Shown here: piece after piece, positions 49,079-58,361 of the stretch
Layout of the letters: each line of letters starts with the position of its first letter
How positions within the stretch are numbered: position 1 is the first letter of the stretch
DNA from: Trueperaceae bacterium
Lineage (GTDB): Bacteria; Deinococcota; Deinococci; Deinococcales; Trueperaceae
Length of the DNA stretch: 64,000 nt
Direction of reading: 5' to 3'
Assembly: GCA_965213925.1 (NCBI GenBank)
Contig: OZ243927.1
Span: forward strand, 1,696,001 to 1,760,000
Made by a program: the position numbers and the translations under genes
Notes under the pieces: model-generated
Told to the model about the DNA's origin: nothing
The model's database searches: none
What the model saw: only the letters and a program-made list of their open reading frames with translations

Positions 49079-50247
49079 TAGCGCTCATCCACCACGAGGT
49101 CGCCCGTCACCGAATCCTCCACGTGAATTTCGTTCATGCCGACGCCCAGCGCGCTTCGGATGCGCTTCGCCAGCTCGAACGTGTTGGTGTCCGGGTCGCC
49201 CTCGACGTGCAGCGCGGCGACGTCGGTGCCGTCCGCGCCGCGTTTCACGCGCAGTTGGTAGTTGCGGAAGTTGAGCCCTTCGGTCGCGGCGAGGAGAAAC
49301 AGTAACTCGCGCGGATAGACCTTGACCCCTTTGAGCTTGACCATCGTGTCGGTGCGCCCGAAGACGCCCCTGGGTAAAACGTTATCCGACCCCTTGAGCG
49401 TGAGGTCGCCCGTCAAAAAGCGGAGCATGGGCATCCCTTCACGGGTCAAACTTGTGATGACGACCTCGCCCTTGTCGCCCTCTGCGACGGGCTCGAGCGT
49501 CTGCGGGTCCAACACCTCGACGATGGCGGCTTCGGGGACCAGGTGCATCCCATCCCGCGCCGACGTCTCCGCCGCGATGACGCCCGTCTCGCTGAGCCCG
49601 TAGGCGTCGTACGCGGTACATTCCAAACTCGCCTCGACCTCTTCGCGCAGCCCCGGCACGGCGCTGAAGGGCTCGCCCGCCGCCAGGAGCGTCTCGAAGC
49701 GCCCGCCCGCCGCGCCGATTTTGCCCGCGAAGCTCGGATTGGAGACGAGCACGTTGAAGCCGTACGTCCGCGCGATGTCCACGACCGTGTCGGCGTCGCT
49801 CGGTCCTAGCGCGAGCACGGCCGCACCCAAAGCGGTGAGCCCCTCGTGAAAGAGCCAGCCGCCCGCGAGCATGTGGTAGCTAAAGACGACCAAGCAGCGG
49901 TCCCCAGCGCCCAGCCCGCAACGCCCCACCTGCTCGCGGACGGCGTCGGCTTGCCACCTGATGTCTTGCGCGGTGAGATACTCAGGCATCCTGCCGCCCG
50001 GCGCGGGCGTGAGGTGCATCTGGACGATATCGTCTGTGGTGCCATCTGCCAAAAAGCCCCCGTGCGGGTCATCACGCCCAGCGTGCGCCTTGAAGTGCTC
50101 GGTGAGGTCGTTTCTAGTCACGAAAGGCAGCGTGCTCACGTCGTCTGCGCTCAAGGCGTTCGGGTCTACGTCGCGCAGCCGCTCCTCGTAGAAGGGGAGC
50201 TGCTTGGCTCGAGAGACGATGTGGCGAAGTCGGTCGGTTCTATCCAT
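49075..50247 (-). CDS. Phenylacetate-CoA ligase-like (PaaK family) protein
   Basis: PFYEERL, AGEPFS, DAYGLSE, PMLRFLTGD, GRTDTMVKLKGVKVYP; the P-loop (HLTPAPGG) is atypical. Confidence 0.75.
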   Translation of the reverse strand: MDRTDRLRHIVSRAKQLPFYEERLRDVDPNALSADDVSTLPFVTRNDLTEHFKAHAGRDDPHGGFLADGTTDDIVQMHLTPAPGGRMPEYLTAQDIRWQADAVREQVGRCGLGAGDRCLVVFSYHMLAGGWLFHEGLTALGAAVLALGPSDADTVVDIARTYGFNVLVSNPSFAGKIGAAGGRFETLLAAGEPFSAVPGLREEVEASLECTAYDAYGLSETGVIAAETSARDGMHLVPEAAIVEVLDPQTLEPVAEGDKGEVVITSLTREGMPMLRFLTGDLTLKGSDNVLPRGVFGRTDTMVKLKGVKVYPRELLFLLAATEGLNFRNYQLRVKRGADGTDVAALHVEGDPDTNTFELAKRIRSALGVGMNEIHVEDSVTGDLVVDERY

Positions 50248-50378
50248 AGCGCTCCTCGTTATCTATAGGCGGTGCACCACGTTTCGTGTTGGAAGCCCCG
50301 CGAAGTCTGTGAGAGAGGTGCTTGCGCATTCACCTGCGTACGAAACGGGACACCTTGTAGTTTTTCTGTCGAACTAAC

Positions 50379-50584
50379 TACACTGTTAAGCAAAAAATGA
50401 ACCATGTCATTCTGAACGAAACGAAGTGAAGTGAAAGAATCTCTGCCCTTGCTGACTCCTCTTGCAGAGAGTGCGAGTTACAAAGTTTTGACGTAGTCAA
50501 ACGAGACCCTCACGCCTTCGCCGGACTTCGTCTGACTGCGTGAACAGGGTGACAACAGTGTTGCAGAATTTAGTTGACAGTGTA
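50379..50584 (+). mobile_element. MITE/REP-like element copy D
   Basis: Terminal inverted repeats TACACTGTTAA / TTGACAGTGTA; shares its left half with C and its right half with B. Confidence 0.85.
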
Positions 50585-50643
50585 CTCATCATGTCGGTCT
50601 CTCGCCACTATACCTCTTCGCTCGAGCAAGTTTAGATAACCCC

Positions 50644-51423
50644 TCAGAGAACAACCCTCGTCCCCGCCTCTCCCGTCAGTGCGCGTTCCAACGTCCCCGG
50701 CACCCGCCCATCCGCAATCACCGCGAAGCGCGCGCCCTTGTCGAGCGCGTCCAGTGCCGCCTCGACTTTAGGAATCATGCCGCCCGCGATGCGCCCGTCT
50801 CGGATGCGCGCGTCGACCTCTTGCTTGGAGAGTTCGTTGAGGAGGCTCTCGGGGTCTTCGGGGCGGTCCAGGACGCCGGGTATATTGCTCAGAAAGACGA
50901 CCGGGGCGGCTAGCGCGCCCGCCACCGCGCCCGCGACGCTGTCGGCGTTGACGTTGAGAACCTCCGGTTTGTCCCGCACCCCGGCGATACAGGCAATCAC
51001 GGGCGTGAGCGGCAGCGCGAGAAGCTGCCGCAGCACCTCCCGGTTGACCTCGACCACCCTGCCGACGTGACCGAGCACAGTATTTGAAGGTATGTCTAAA
51101 GGTTCGGCGATGAGCAACCCCACGTCCCGCCCGGTGAGCCCTACCGCGCCGCCGACCTCTTGCGCCAAGACCTTGCCGAGCCGGGTCAACACGCTCTCAA
51201 TGACGAGTAAGCTGGCGTCGTCTGTGACCCGTAGCCCGCGCACGAAGGCGCTGGGGATGTTCGCGTTGAGGAGCGCCTCGCCGATAAAGGGACCGCCGCC
51301 GTGTACGACGATGGGCGCGTAGGTCTCTCTCAACAGGGCGATCTCCGCCGCGACGCGCCTGCGGAGCGCCACGTCGGTCATGGCGTTGCCGCCATACTTG
51401 ATGACGATAGGGGAGCCGGTCAC
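50644..51423 (-). CDS. argB: Acetylglutamate kinase
   Basis: VIKYGGNAM, VVHGGGP, GLRVTD, LNVNAD, GGMIPKV. Confidence 0.9.
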   Translation of the reverse strand: MTGSPIVIKYGGNAMTDVALRRRVAAEIALLRETYAPIVVHGGGPFIGEALLNANIPSAFVRGLRVTDDASLLVIESVLTRLGKVLAQEVGGAVGLTGRDVGLLIAEPLDIPSNTVLGHVGRVVEVNREVLRQLLALPLTPVIACIAGVRDKPEVLNVNADSVAGAVAGALAAPVVFLSNIPGVLDRPEDPESLLNELSKQEVDARIRDGRIAGGMIPKVEAALDALDKGARFAVIADGRVPGTLERALTGEAGTRVVL

Positions 51424-51485
51424 TGACCTAGTTTACCGCTCCCTTTGCGGCAGTTTTGCAACGCAGTGGATACACCTCTCGAGGC

Positions 51486-52421
51486 TCAAGCGACAAGCAG
51501 CTTCGCCACCGCCAAATCCTCCAACGCCACCCCGACCGACTTAAAGAGCGTCGTCACCTCTTCATTGCTACGTTTTGTGCGCCCTAGCACGAGGCTCGAG
51601 AGGTCACCCTTGACCTCTTCAAACGACCAGCCTTCTTGCGCCGCTTGGATGAGGTCACCCGCTTCGATTTTTGCAGCTTCTACGTCATCCACGAAAACTT
51701 CCGCACCTCTTACCGTCTCACTATCCGACTCGCGCATCTCGGGGACGAACGCGCCGACTAGGTCGATATGTTGTCCACCTCCCTGCTGTCTATCTCTCAA
51801 GAACTCAGCGCGGACGAGGGGTTGGCTCGAGGTCGTCGCCGCGCTCACCGTATCCGCTCGGCTCAAGACCTCTTCTAAGTTAGACGCCTCGCTAACCTCT
51901 ACGTCCGTAACCTCTTCTCGCACCTCTTTCACTGTCTGCGCCGCTTTGCTTTCGTCTCGTCCCCACACGAGAATCCGCTCGTACGCTCTCACTTGTGCGT
52001 GCGCCTGCGCCATGTAGGGCGCGAGCGAGCCCGTGCCGATGATGAGGAGCGTTTTGGCGTTCTCAGGTGCAAGATACCTCGCCGCTAACGCCGACGCGCC
52101 CGCCGTGCGGATGCGCGTCAAGACCGTGGCGGCGGCGCTCAGGACGGGCGTTCCGGTCGGGTTCATCAGCGTGTAGTGGGCTTGGACGGTGGGGAGGTCG
52201 CGGTTGGCGTTCGTGGGGACCACGCCGACCTGTTTCACGCCGAACCAGCCCTCGGCGTCGGCGCAGGGCATGGTGAGGTAGGAGCCCGCTTCGGGCGCAG
52301 GGATGACGACGCGCTCGGGGGAGAAGTAACGGTCCGGGTTCTGAAAGGCGGTTTCTAAGCTGCTCAGCACCGCGTCCCAAGAGAGCGCGGCGCGCACATC
52401 GCTGTCACTAAGAACGTTCAT
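51486..52421 (-). CDS. Ornithine cyclodeaminase/mu-crystallin family protein
   Basis: LTRIRTAGASALAA, IIGTG, HIDLVGAF..MRE, LFKSVGVALEDLA. Confidence 0.9.
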   Translation of the reverse strand: MNVLSDSDVRAALSWDAVLSSLETAFQNPDRYFSPERVVIPAPEAGSYLTMPCADAEGWFGVKQVGVVPTNANRDLPTVQAHYTLMNPTGTPVLSAAATVLTRIRTAGASALAARYLAPENAKTLLIIGTGSLAPYMAQAHAQVRAYERILVWGRDESKAAQTVKEVREEVTDVEVSEASNLEEVLSRADTVSAATTSSQPLVRAEFLRDRQQGGGQHIDLVGAFVPEMRESDSETVRGAEVFVDDVEAAKIEAGDLIQAAQEGWSFEEVKGDLSSLVLGRTKRSNEEVTTLFKSVGVALEDLAVAKLLVA

Positions 52422-52649
52422 GGCGACAGCTTAACGGATTGTAGTAGCAGGTATCATCTGGTCAGAGACACTCTCACTATATGAAGCAACGTTTCGCTTT
52501 GCGAAAAGTGCCTAACTAGCACGCACATTCGATGATGATACCTGCGACAATCTGTCTCAGTATGTCTTGGAACCGCTGTAGGAAGCGGCGTTCGCGCGTC
52601 GGGAAGCGACGTCCTTTTGAGAGGATAGTTGAAAGGGTAAGGTAAGTGC

Positions 52650-53339
52650 GTGTTCACCTTCCCAAAACCAGAAAGTTTGGACGAGGCGCGGCGCTTGCAA
52701 AAGGAGCTTGCGGCGCGGGTGAGGCTCGAGGGTCTCGCCCCCGTGCGCACCCTAGCCGCTCTGGACGCCTCCATGACGCAAGACGGGCCCATCATCGCCG
52801 CCGCCGTTCTTTGGGACGTCGCCGCGCAAGAGGTCAGAGAGGTCGGGCTCGCGGCGGTGGACCAGCGGGAGGTTTTCCCCTACCTCTCCGGCTTCCTCTC
52901 CTTCCGCGAAGCGCCCGCCTATCTGAGCGCGTTAGCCGAACTCTCGGAGCAGCCGGGGCTCTTGCTCGTAGACGGTCAAGGACTTGCGCACCCGAGGGGG
53001 CTCGGCATCGCGTCGCATTTAGGCGTTCATCTGGACCTGCCGAGCATCGGCGTGGCGAAAAGTCGGCTCTACGGAAAAGCTGCCGGAGATTTGAACGAAG
53101 AGGTCGGGAGCGCGGTGCCGCTAGGGGCGAAAGGGGCGCAGCTCGGCTGGGTGTACCGCTCGAGGACGAACGTCAAACCGCTCTACCTCTCGCCGGGGCA
53201 CAGGGTGGATATGCAGAGCGTTCTGGACTTCGTCCGCAGCTTGCCGGGCAAGACCAAGCTGCCCGAACCGCTGAGGCAAGCGCACAACTGGGCGGGCAGG
53301 GCGCGCAAAGAGGGGCTAAGAGGGCGCGTCAGCCCGTAA
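52650..53339 (+). CDS. nfi: Endonuclease V
   Basis: FPYLSGFLSFRE, LLVDGQGLAHPRGLGIASHLG, IGVAKSRL, PLYLSPGH, KLPEPLRQAH. Confidence 0.93.
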   Translation: MFTFPKPESLDEARRLQKELAARVRLEGLAPVRTLAALDASMTQDGPIIAAAVLWDVAAQEVREVGLAAVDQREVFPYLSGFLSFREAPAYLSALAELSEQPGLLLVDGQGLAHPRGLGIASHLGVHLDLPSIGVAKSRLYGKAAGDLNEEVGSAVPLGAKGAQLGWVYRSRTNVKPLYLSPGHRVDMQSVLDFVRSLPGKTKLPEPLRQAHNWAGRARKEGLRGRVSP

Positions 53340-53384
53340 CCTTCTCCTCATGCTGGCGTCACGCCCTAGGGTAAACTCGGAGCT

Positions 53385-53708
53385 ATGCGCGTTCTCGCCC
53401 TCGCCCTTTTTATCGCTCTAGTCGGCGTGCTCACCCTCTCGAACCCCACCACCGAAGCTTTCGCGCAGCGCTACGCCGACGAAATCAACCGCGACGTGGC
53501 GCAGGAGTTGGGGCTTTCAGGCAGCCTCGGCAACCTCTTAGGCAACGCGACCCAAGCGCTCATCGAGGAGGCGTTGGCGCAGGAGACGCGGCGCAACAAC
53601 TACGCGGTGGCGAGTGTCTTTAACGTGCCGCTTTCGGGGGAAGACTTGCGGGTTCTGGGCGTCGCAGGGCAGTTCATCCCGCTCAATCAGCCCGGTGAGC
53701 AGCAATGA
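53385..53708 (+). CDS. Exported small protein (DUF4359-like)
   Basis: Signal anchor, SNP, TRRNNY..SVF, VLGVAGQFIP. Confidence 0.65.
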   Translation: MRVLALALFIALVGVLTLSNPTTEAFAQRYADEINRDVAQELGLSGSLGNLLGNATQALIEEALAQETRRNNYAVASVFNVPLSGEDLRVLGVAGQFIPLNQPGEQQ

Positions 53709-53729
53709 AGACACGAAGATTGCTCAGCG

Positions 53730-53963
53730 TCACTCCGCTTCGCCCTCCAACTCCAGCACGAACTCCTCCTCCCCCACGCGCACCACATCTCCCTCTCTAA
53801 GCTTGCGCTTGCGCCGCGTCTCCACCTCACCGTTGACCAACACCTCTCCGGCTTGAATCATCACTTTGGCGTGTCCGCCCGTCTCGGCTAAACCGGAGAG
53901 TTTGAGGGCGTCATTCAAGGTAATCGTTTCGACTTGCGCGTCTACACTGATATCCGAATCCAT
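53730..53963 (-). CDS. S4-domain RNA-binding protein (YaaA/YbcJ-like)
   Basis: ITLNDALKLSGLAETGGHAK..VNGEVETRRKRKLREGDVV. Confidence 0.9.
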   Translation of the reverse strand: MDSDISVDAQVETITLNDALKLSGLAETGGHAKVMIQAGEVLVNGEVETRRKRKLREGDVVRVGEEEFVLELEGEAE

Positions 53964-53986
53964 GTGCTCAGTCTAGCCCGTCAAGT

Positions 53987-54712
53987 CTAGCTCGTGAGCA
54001 GTTGCACCGCAGGCGCGAGGAGTAAAATCCCAACAACGCGGTTAAAGGTGCGCTGCGGCACGCGCCCGAAAAAGAGCGAGCCGAGCCAGAGCCCCAAAAA
54101 CATCGGTACGATGAGCCCGACGCTCCACAGTAAAACGTTCGGCGTGTAGAGCCCGCGCAGGCTGTAGACCGCGACTTGCGAAGCGGAGCCGACCAGGAAG
54201 ACGTAGGTGAGAAGCAACCGAAAGTTTTCTTTAGGATAGCGCAGCCCGAGGTAGATGATGAGCGGCAGCGCGCCCGCCCCGACCGCTCCGACGATGAGAC
54301 CGCTGAGGCTCGAGACCACCAAAAGCCTCACCTGCTCACCTCTGTCTAAAAGAGGCCTTTCGTCGACTTGCCGCCCACCCCAAAGCTGATAACCACAAAA
54401 CCCGACGAGCGTCGCCCCGAGAATCTTCTGCAAGACCGCTTCGGGCAAAATGACGAGCAAGTTGCCGCCGAGCGCCACGCCGACGCCGAAGCCGATGGCG
54501 GCAGGAATGAAGCTCCGCTTAGGCAGTTGACCTCTTCCTGAAAAGGCGAGGGGAAGGTTCGAAAAGAAAAGGAGTGCGCCGCTGATAGGCACGACTTCGG
54601 TGAAGGGCAGAAAATAGCTGAAAACTGGGACCATCACGAGGGCGGGACCGAAGCCCGTCAAGCCTTTGATGACGAAGGCGAGAAGCGTGGTGAGAACGAA
54701 CGTGATAAGCAT
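53987..54712 (-). CDS. TauE/SafE (TSUP) family membrane transporter
   Basis: IKGLTGFGPALVMVP and about 8 TM helices. Confidence 0.85.
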   Translation of the reverse strand: MLITFVLTTLLAFVIKGLTGFGPALVMVPVFSYFLPFTEVVPISGALLFFSNLPLAFSGRGQLPKRSFIPAAIGFGVGVALGGNLLVILPEAVLQKILGATLVGFCGYQLWGGRQVDERPLLDRGEQVRLLVVSSLSGLIVGAVGAGALPLIIYLGLRYPKENFRLLLTYVFLVGSASQVAVYSLRGLYTPNVLLWSVGLIVPMFLGLWLGSLFFGRVPQRTFNRVVGILLLAPAVQLLTS

Positions 54713-54728
54713 GGTGTTAGAGATAGCG

Positions 54729-54806
54729 GTAGACAGTAGTCAGAATTCAGTAGACAGCCGTCAGCGTGAAAGCCCTACTGAATTCTGACCTCTGACCCCT
54801 GACTAC
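54729..54806. repeat. Heptamer-periodic inverted repeat
   Basis: gtcagaattcagtag (54739-54753) and ctactgaattctgac (54775-54789) are perfect complements, within 7-nt periodic units. Confidence 0.8.
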
Positions 54807-54813
54807 CTCTAGC

Positions 54814-55662
54814 CTACGGCTCCACGATAGATGGCGCAGCCGGATACGATCCCAAGAACTTCACGAACGCCGCTTTCCTCATAAGCCCGGTCATCGCGTT
54901 TTGCACGTTCTCGTCGTCTAAATGCCCTTCGATGTCGATATAGAAGAGGTAGCTCCAGGGCTTGTCGCGGCGCGGGCGGGACTCGAGCTTCGTCATGTTG
55001 ATGCCGTACACGGGGAACTGCTCCAAGCACGCCACCAAGTCGCCGGGGCGGTGGCGCGTGGCGATGACCAAACTCGACTTATGCTTGCCTTCGCCTTTGG
55101 GTTTCTCGTCGGGTCCCAAAATAAAAAAGCGCGTGTAGTTAAAGTCCACGTCTTCGATGTGCTCACGCAGAATCTCTAACCCGTAGATTTCGGCGGCGCG
55201 TTTGGAGGCAATCGCGGCTTTGCCCTCACCTCCGTTGTCCGCTAAGAGTTTGGCTGCGCCTGCGGTGTCGAAATCGGTAACAGCTTCCATATGGTGCTTT
55301 GCTAAAAACGCCTGGCACTGCGCCAGGGCCTGTGGGTGGCTGTAGACGCGCTTAACCTCTTCTAGTTTGGTGCCGGGTTTCGCTAAGAGGTTGTGGTGGA
55401 CGCGCACGATCTGCTCACCGACCACGTGCAAGACCGAGTCGGTCAAGAGGTCATAGGTCTGGTTGATGGAGCCTGCGAGCGAGTTCTCGACGGGCAAGCA
55501 GGCGAAGTCGCAGCTTTCCGTGACGGTGGCTTGAAACGCCTCTTTGAAGGTGTGAAAGCCGATAGTCTCGCCGTCCGGGGCGAACTGCAAGGACGCCTCT
55601 TCGCTGAACGCGCCGGAGATGCCCTGATAGGCGATGCGGGGGACTTTTTGCGTGACGCTCAT
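54814..55662 (-). CDS. pheA: Prephenate dehydratase (PDT + ACT)
   Basis: IAYQG..GAFSE, LPVENS, SHPQALAQC, NYTRF, NMTKLESRP, FLGSYP. Confidence 0.95.
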   Translation of the reverse strand: MSVTQKVPRIAYQGISGAFSEEASLQFAPDGETIGFHTFKEAFQATVTESCDFACLPVENSLAGSINQTYDLLTDSVLHVVGEQIVRVHHNLLAKPGTKLEEVKRVYSHPQALAQCQAFLAKHHMEAVTDFDTAGAAKLLADNGGEGKAAIASKRAAEIYGLEILREHIEDVDFNYTRFFILGPDEKPKGEGKHKSSLVIATRHRPGDLVACLEQFPVYGINMTKLESRPRRDKPWSYLFYIDIEGHLDDENVQNAMTGLMRKAAFVKFLGSYPAAPSIVEP

Positions 55663-55974
55663 GGAGTAGCAGTGTAACAGGAGAGGAGCACTTCAGCTAG
55701 TCAGCCGGTCGGCGTGGCAGGTTCTCTTGCCCTGTTACGAAGTTTTCGGGTTACACAGTTTCCGCGCAGGCGGAACGAAACTAGCTGACACGCTCTTTTA
55801 CCCTTGCAGCAAAATCCATGCTTCTCAAAGGAGAAGGGGCTGAACGGTCTAAGCGTGCGCTCGGTCCTTTCTCCCCGCTTCGCAACCCCGCGGAAAGTTC
55901 TTTGAGACATTCTAAAAGTCGGTTGAGCGGGCGCGCACGACCTCGCATTCCTCTATTGCCGAAGTGTCCGCGGG

Positions 55975-56841
55975 TTATATCGAATGCTGCTCGCTGTGCG
56001 CTTCGTCATCCTCGGGGCGTTTCAGCGTGATGAGGGTGAGTTCGGGCATGCAGAAGATGCGTAGGGGCACCAAGCTAAAGCCGATGCCGCGGTTTACGTA
56101 GAGGCTGTTGCCCGCGTTGGCGTGCGACGTGATCCAGTCGTCGTCGTACACTTCTCCGTCGCGGACGCGAGTCAGCAGCGACCAGCCAGGCGCTTTAGGC
56201 AGGCTGATCTGCCCGCCGTGCGTGTGCCCGGCGACGGCTAAGGGCGCGCTATGAGCCGGAAAAGCGGTGAACGAACTCGGGTGGTGCATCAGGACGAGAC
56301 GAGGCGCGTCCTGGTCCAGGTGCGCCAACGCCAACGCCGGGCTATCCTCGCCGGGCGTGTGCGCCCCAATTCCGACGAGGTAGAGCGGGTTGTCGGCAGC
56401 AGCGCCGGGTAACGGTAGTGCCGCAACTTCGTTGTGCATAACCTTGACGCCAATGTCCTCTAACGCCCTGTGCAAGTCCGCCGCAAGTTGCTTGTCCGGC
56501 TGGTCATCTTTGGTCGGTTGGGCGTAGTCGTGGTTGCCGAAAACGGCGTAGGTGGGTAGTCCGGCGTCGACGAGCGGCTTAGTCAGTTGGACGGCTTCGG
56601 GAATCGCGGTGCGTTTGTCGTAGATAAAGTCGCCCGCGATCAGCACGCAAGCCGGGCGCTCCTCGATGATCTTGCGGACGATGCGGCGGATCGTCGGCGT
56701 GTTGTGCAGCCACATGCCGACCTGAAAGTCCGCGATGAGCGCGACGCGCTCGCCCCGCCACGCAGCCGGTAAGCGCGGGATGAAACCCTCTTTTTCCTGT
56801 ACGTCGATAAAATAGGGCTCGATAAGACCCCATAGAAGCAA
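55975..56841 (-). CDS. Metallophosphoesterase (YkuE-like); start uncertain
   Basis: IADFQ, AGDF, GNHD, HHP and GHTHGGQ; an in-frame TM helix extends to ~56895 without an in-frame start codon. Confidence 0.85.
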   Translation of the reverse strand: MLLWGLIEPYFIDVQEKEGFIPRLPAAWRGERVALIADFQVGMWLHNTPTIRRIVRKIIEERPACVLIAGDFIYDKRTAIPEAVQLTKPLVDAGLPTYAVFGNHDYAQPTKDDQPDKQLAADLHRALEDIGVKVMHNEVAALPLPGAAADNPLYLVGIGAHTPGEDSPALALAHLDQDAPRLVLMHHPSSFTAFPAHSAPLAVAGHTHGGQISLPKAPGWSLLTRVRDGEVYDDDWITSHANAGNSLYVNRGIGFSLVPLRIFCMPELTLITLKRPEDDEAHSEQHSI

Positions 56842-57134
56842 GCCTAGTACGAGCGCTAGAAAGCCGAGTAGTACGGTGGCGATGGCGATGACATACCCCT
56901 TTCGCTCGTTACAGTCAAGTTAAGCGGAGCGCGCGGTGTTAAAGCAATAGAAGACGATACAACAAAAGTCAGATTTAAGACCCGGCGCGGCGCGATATTC
57001 ATCTCACAGTAAGCTTAGCGGCGTGCCAAATGCACCGTTAAATCTTTCACAACCCTATAAGCTAGGAGTGTGAGACTATACACATAGCACCAACGTATTT
57101 GGAGCAGTGCCTCGAGCGCTTTGGGAGGAGAAAG

Positions 57135-58082
57135 ATGAATAGACCCCTACGATTAACCTACGCAGTGATCCTTTTAGTCGTCCTCGCCGCGTGCGGCGAA
57201 GTGGATTCGGAGCCCGCCGTCGTTACCGAAGCTCCGGTCATCAGCAGTTTTAGCGCCTCGCCGAATACGCTCGAGCCCGGACAGAGCAGCACGCTCACCT
57301 GGGAGCTAGCCGGGGGTGAAGCGACTTCCGTCACGGTTGATAACGACGCCACAATCATCGGAAGCAGCGCAAGCGTTTCACCTAGTGAGACCACGACGTA
57401 TACGCTTACTGTTCAGAACGAGGGTGGCATTGACTCAAAGACGCAAACAGTTGATGTAACCCCCTCGGACGATCCCACACCCGCGCCGCCTATTAGTGCC
57501 CCTATAATCGAAAGCTTCACCGCGACGCCGGACATGCTCGAGGCAGGTCAAAGTAGCACCCTTACGTGGACCTTGTCAGGGGATGAAGCGACCTCTATAA
57601 CCATCGACAACGGTGTGGGCGAGGTGACAGGAGATACCGCCGAAGTCTCTCCCACCGCGACGACGACGTATACGCTCACTGCGACGAACGAGGGCGGTGA
57701 CGACACGGAGACCGTGACCGTCGTCGTGAGCGAAGCCGCTATCGTCCCGCCTAGTGATGACGACACGATCGAGGCGGCAGACGTAGAGATTACCGGGGAG
57801 ACGGACGGCGTCACCATCGACGGACCGTTCGTCATCATCGACGTGGGTTATATCCTCGGCAGCGCGACCTATCCCGAAGCGGGCTACAGCGCGCCTGAGC
57901 TGAGTATTCCGTCGGACACAACGGCGAACGGCACCGTTTTCGCAGAAGATGGTGAGATTTTCTACCTGTCGGACGGGGAGGATATCAGCGCAGACTCGTT
58001 CGAGTACACGCTCTCTGTCACGAACGAGAGCACGGGGGAGGCGCTCGAGGACGGAGGAACCATCACGCTAGACGTGCAGTAG
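57135..58082 (+). CDS. Acidic lipoprotein with two Ig-like repeats
   Basis: SD ggagga, lipobox LAAC; two copies of P.I.SF.A.P..L..GQSSTLTW...TTTYTLT..N.GG. Confidence 0.85.
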   Translation: MNRPLRLTYAVILLVVLAACGEVDSEPAVVTEAPVISSFSASPNTLEPGQSSTLTWELAGGEATSVTVDNDATIIGSSASVSPSETTTYTLTVQNEGGIDSKTQTVDVTPSDDPTPAPPISAPIIESFTATPDMLEAGQSSTLTWTLSGDEATSITIDNGVGEVTGDTAEVSPTATTTYTLTATNEGGDDTETVTVVVSEAAIVPPSDDDTIEAADVEITGETDGVTIDGPFVIIDVGYILGSATYPEAGYSAPELSIPSDTTANGTVFAEDGEIFYLSDGEDISADSFEYTLSVTNESTGEALEDGGTITLDVQ

Positions 58083-58100
58083 TCGCTTAACCAATAGTGT

Positions 58101-58130
58101 AGAGGGTGAGCAACCGCTCGCCCTCTTTCT
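58101..58130 (+). terminator. Intrinsic terminator
   Basis: agagggtgagc-aacc-gctcgccctct-ttct. Confidence 0.65.
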
Positions 58131-58361
58131 ATTTACCCTCTTTCTATTTAGTCGCACTCGCAAACCTCACGAAACCTTCGTCAAACCTTCATGAACCTTC
58201 ATTTTCTCATCACTATTTGTTATTTTGGGGTATCCGCGTTGCCCTTATGGGGCAGGTATAATTGCGCAACCTTACCCTCTACGTTCGTTGACGCTCACTG
58301 TCACTGACAGTCTACACGCGGCGTGTTCGTAGAGGCGTAGACTTGAGGATTGGAGGTCTTC

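Noticed and set aside
45036..50584. Repeated ~200-bp elements as CRISPR or tRNA-like genes
   Set aside because: Dispersed and intergenic with terminal inverted repeats; no repeat-spacer periodicity, cloverleaf or cas genes.
52646..53374. 242-aa alternative-frame ORF over nfi, and similar shadow ORFs (21863-22615, 61288-62094, 51445-52017)
   Set aside because: Arg/Ala-rich or antisense frames over well-supported genes, as expected in GC-rich DNA; no motifs.
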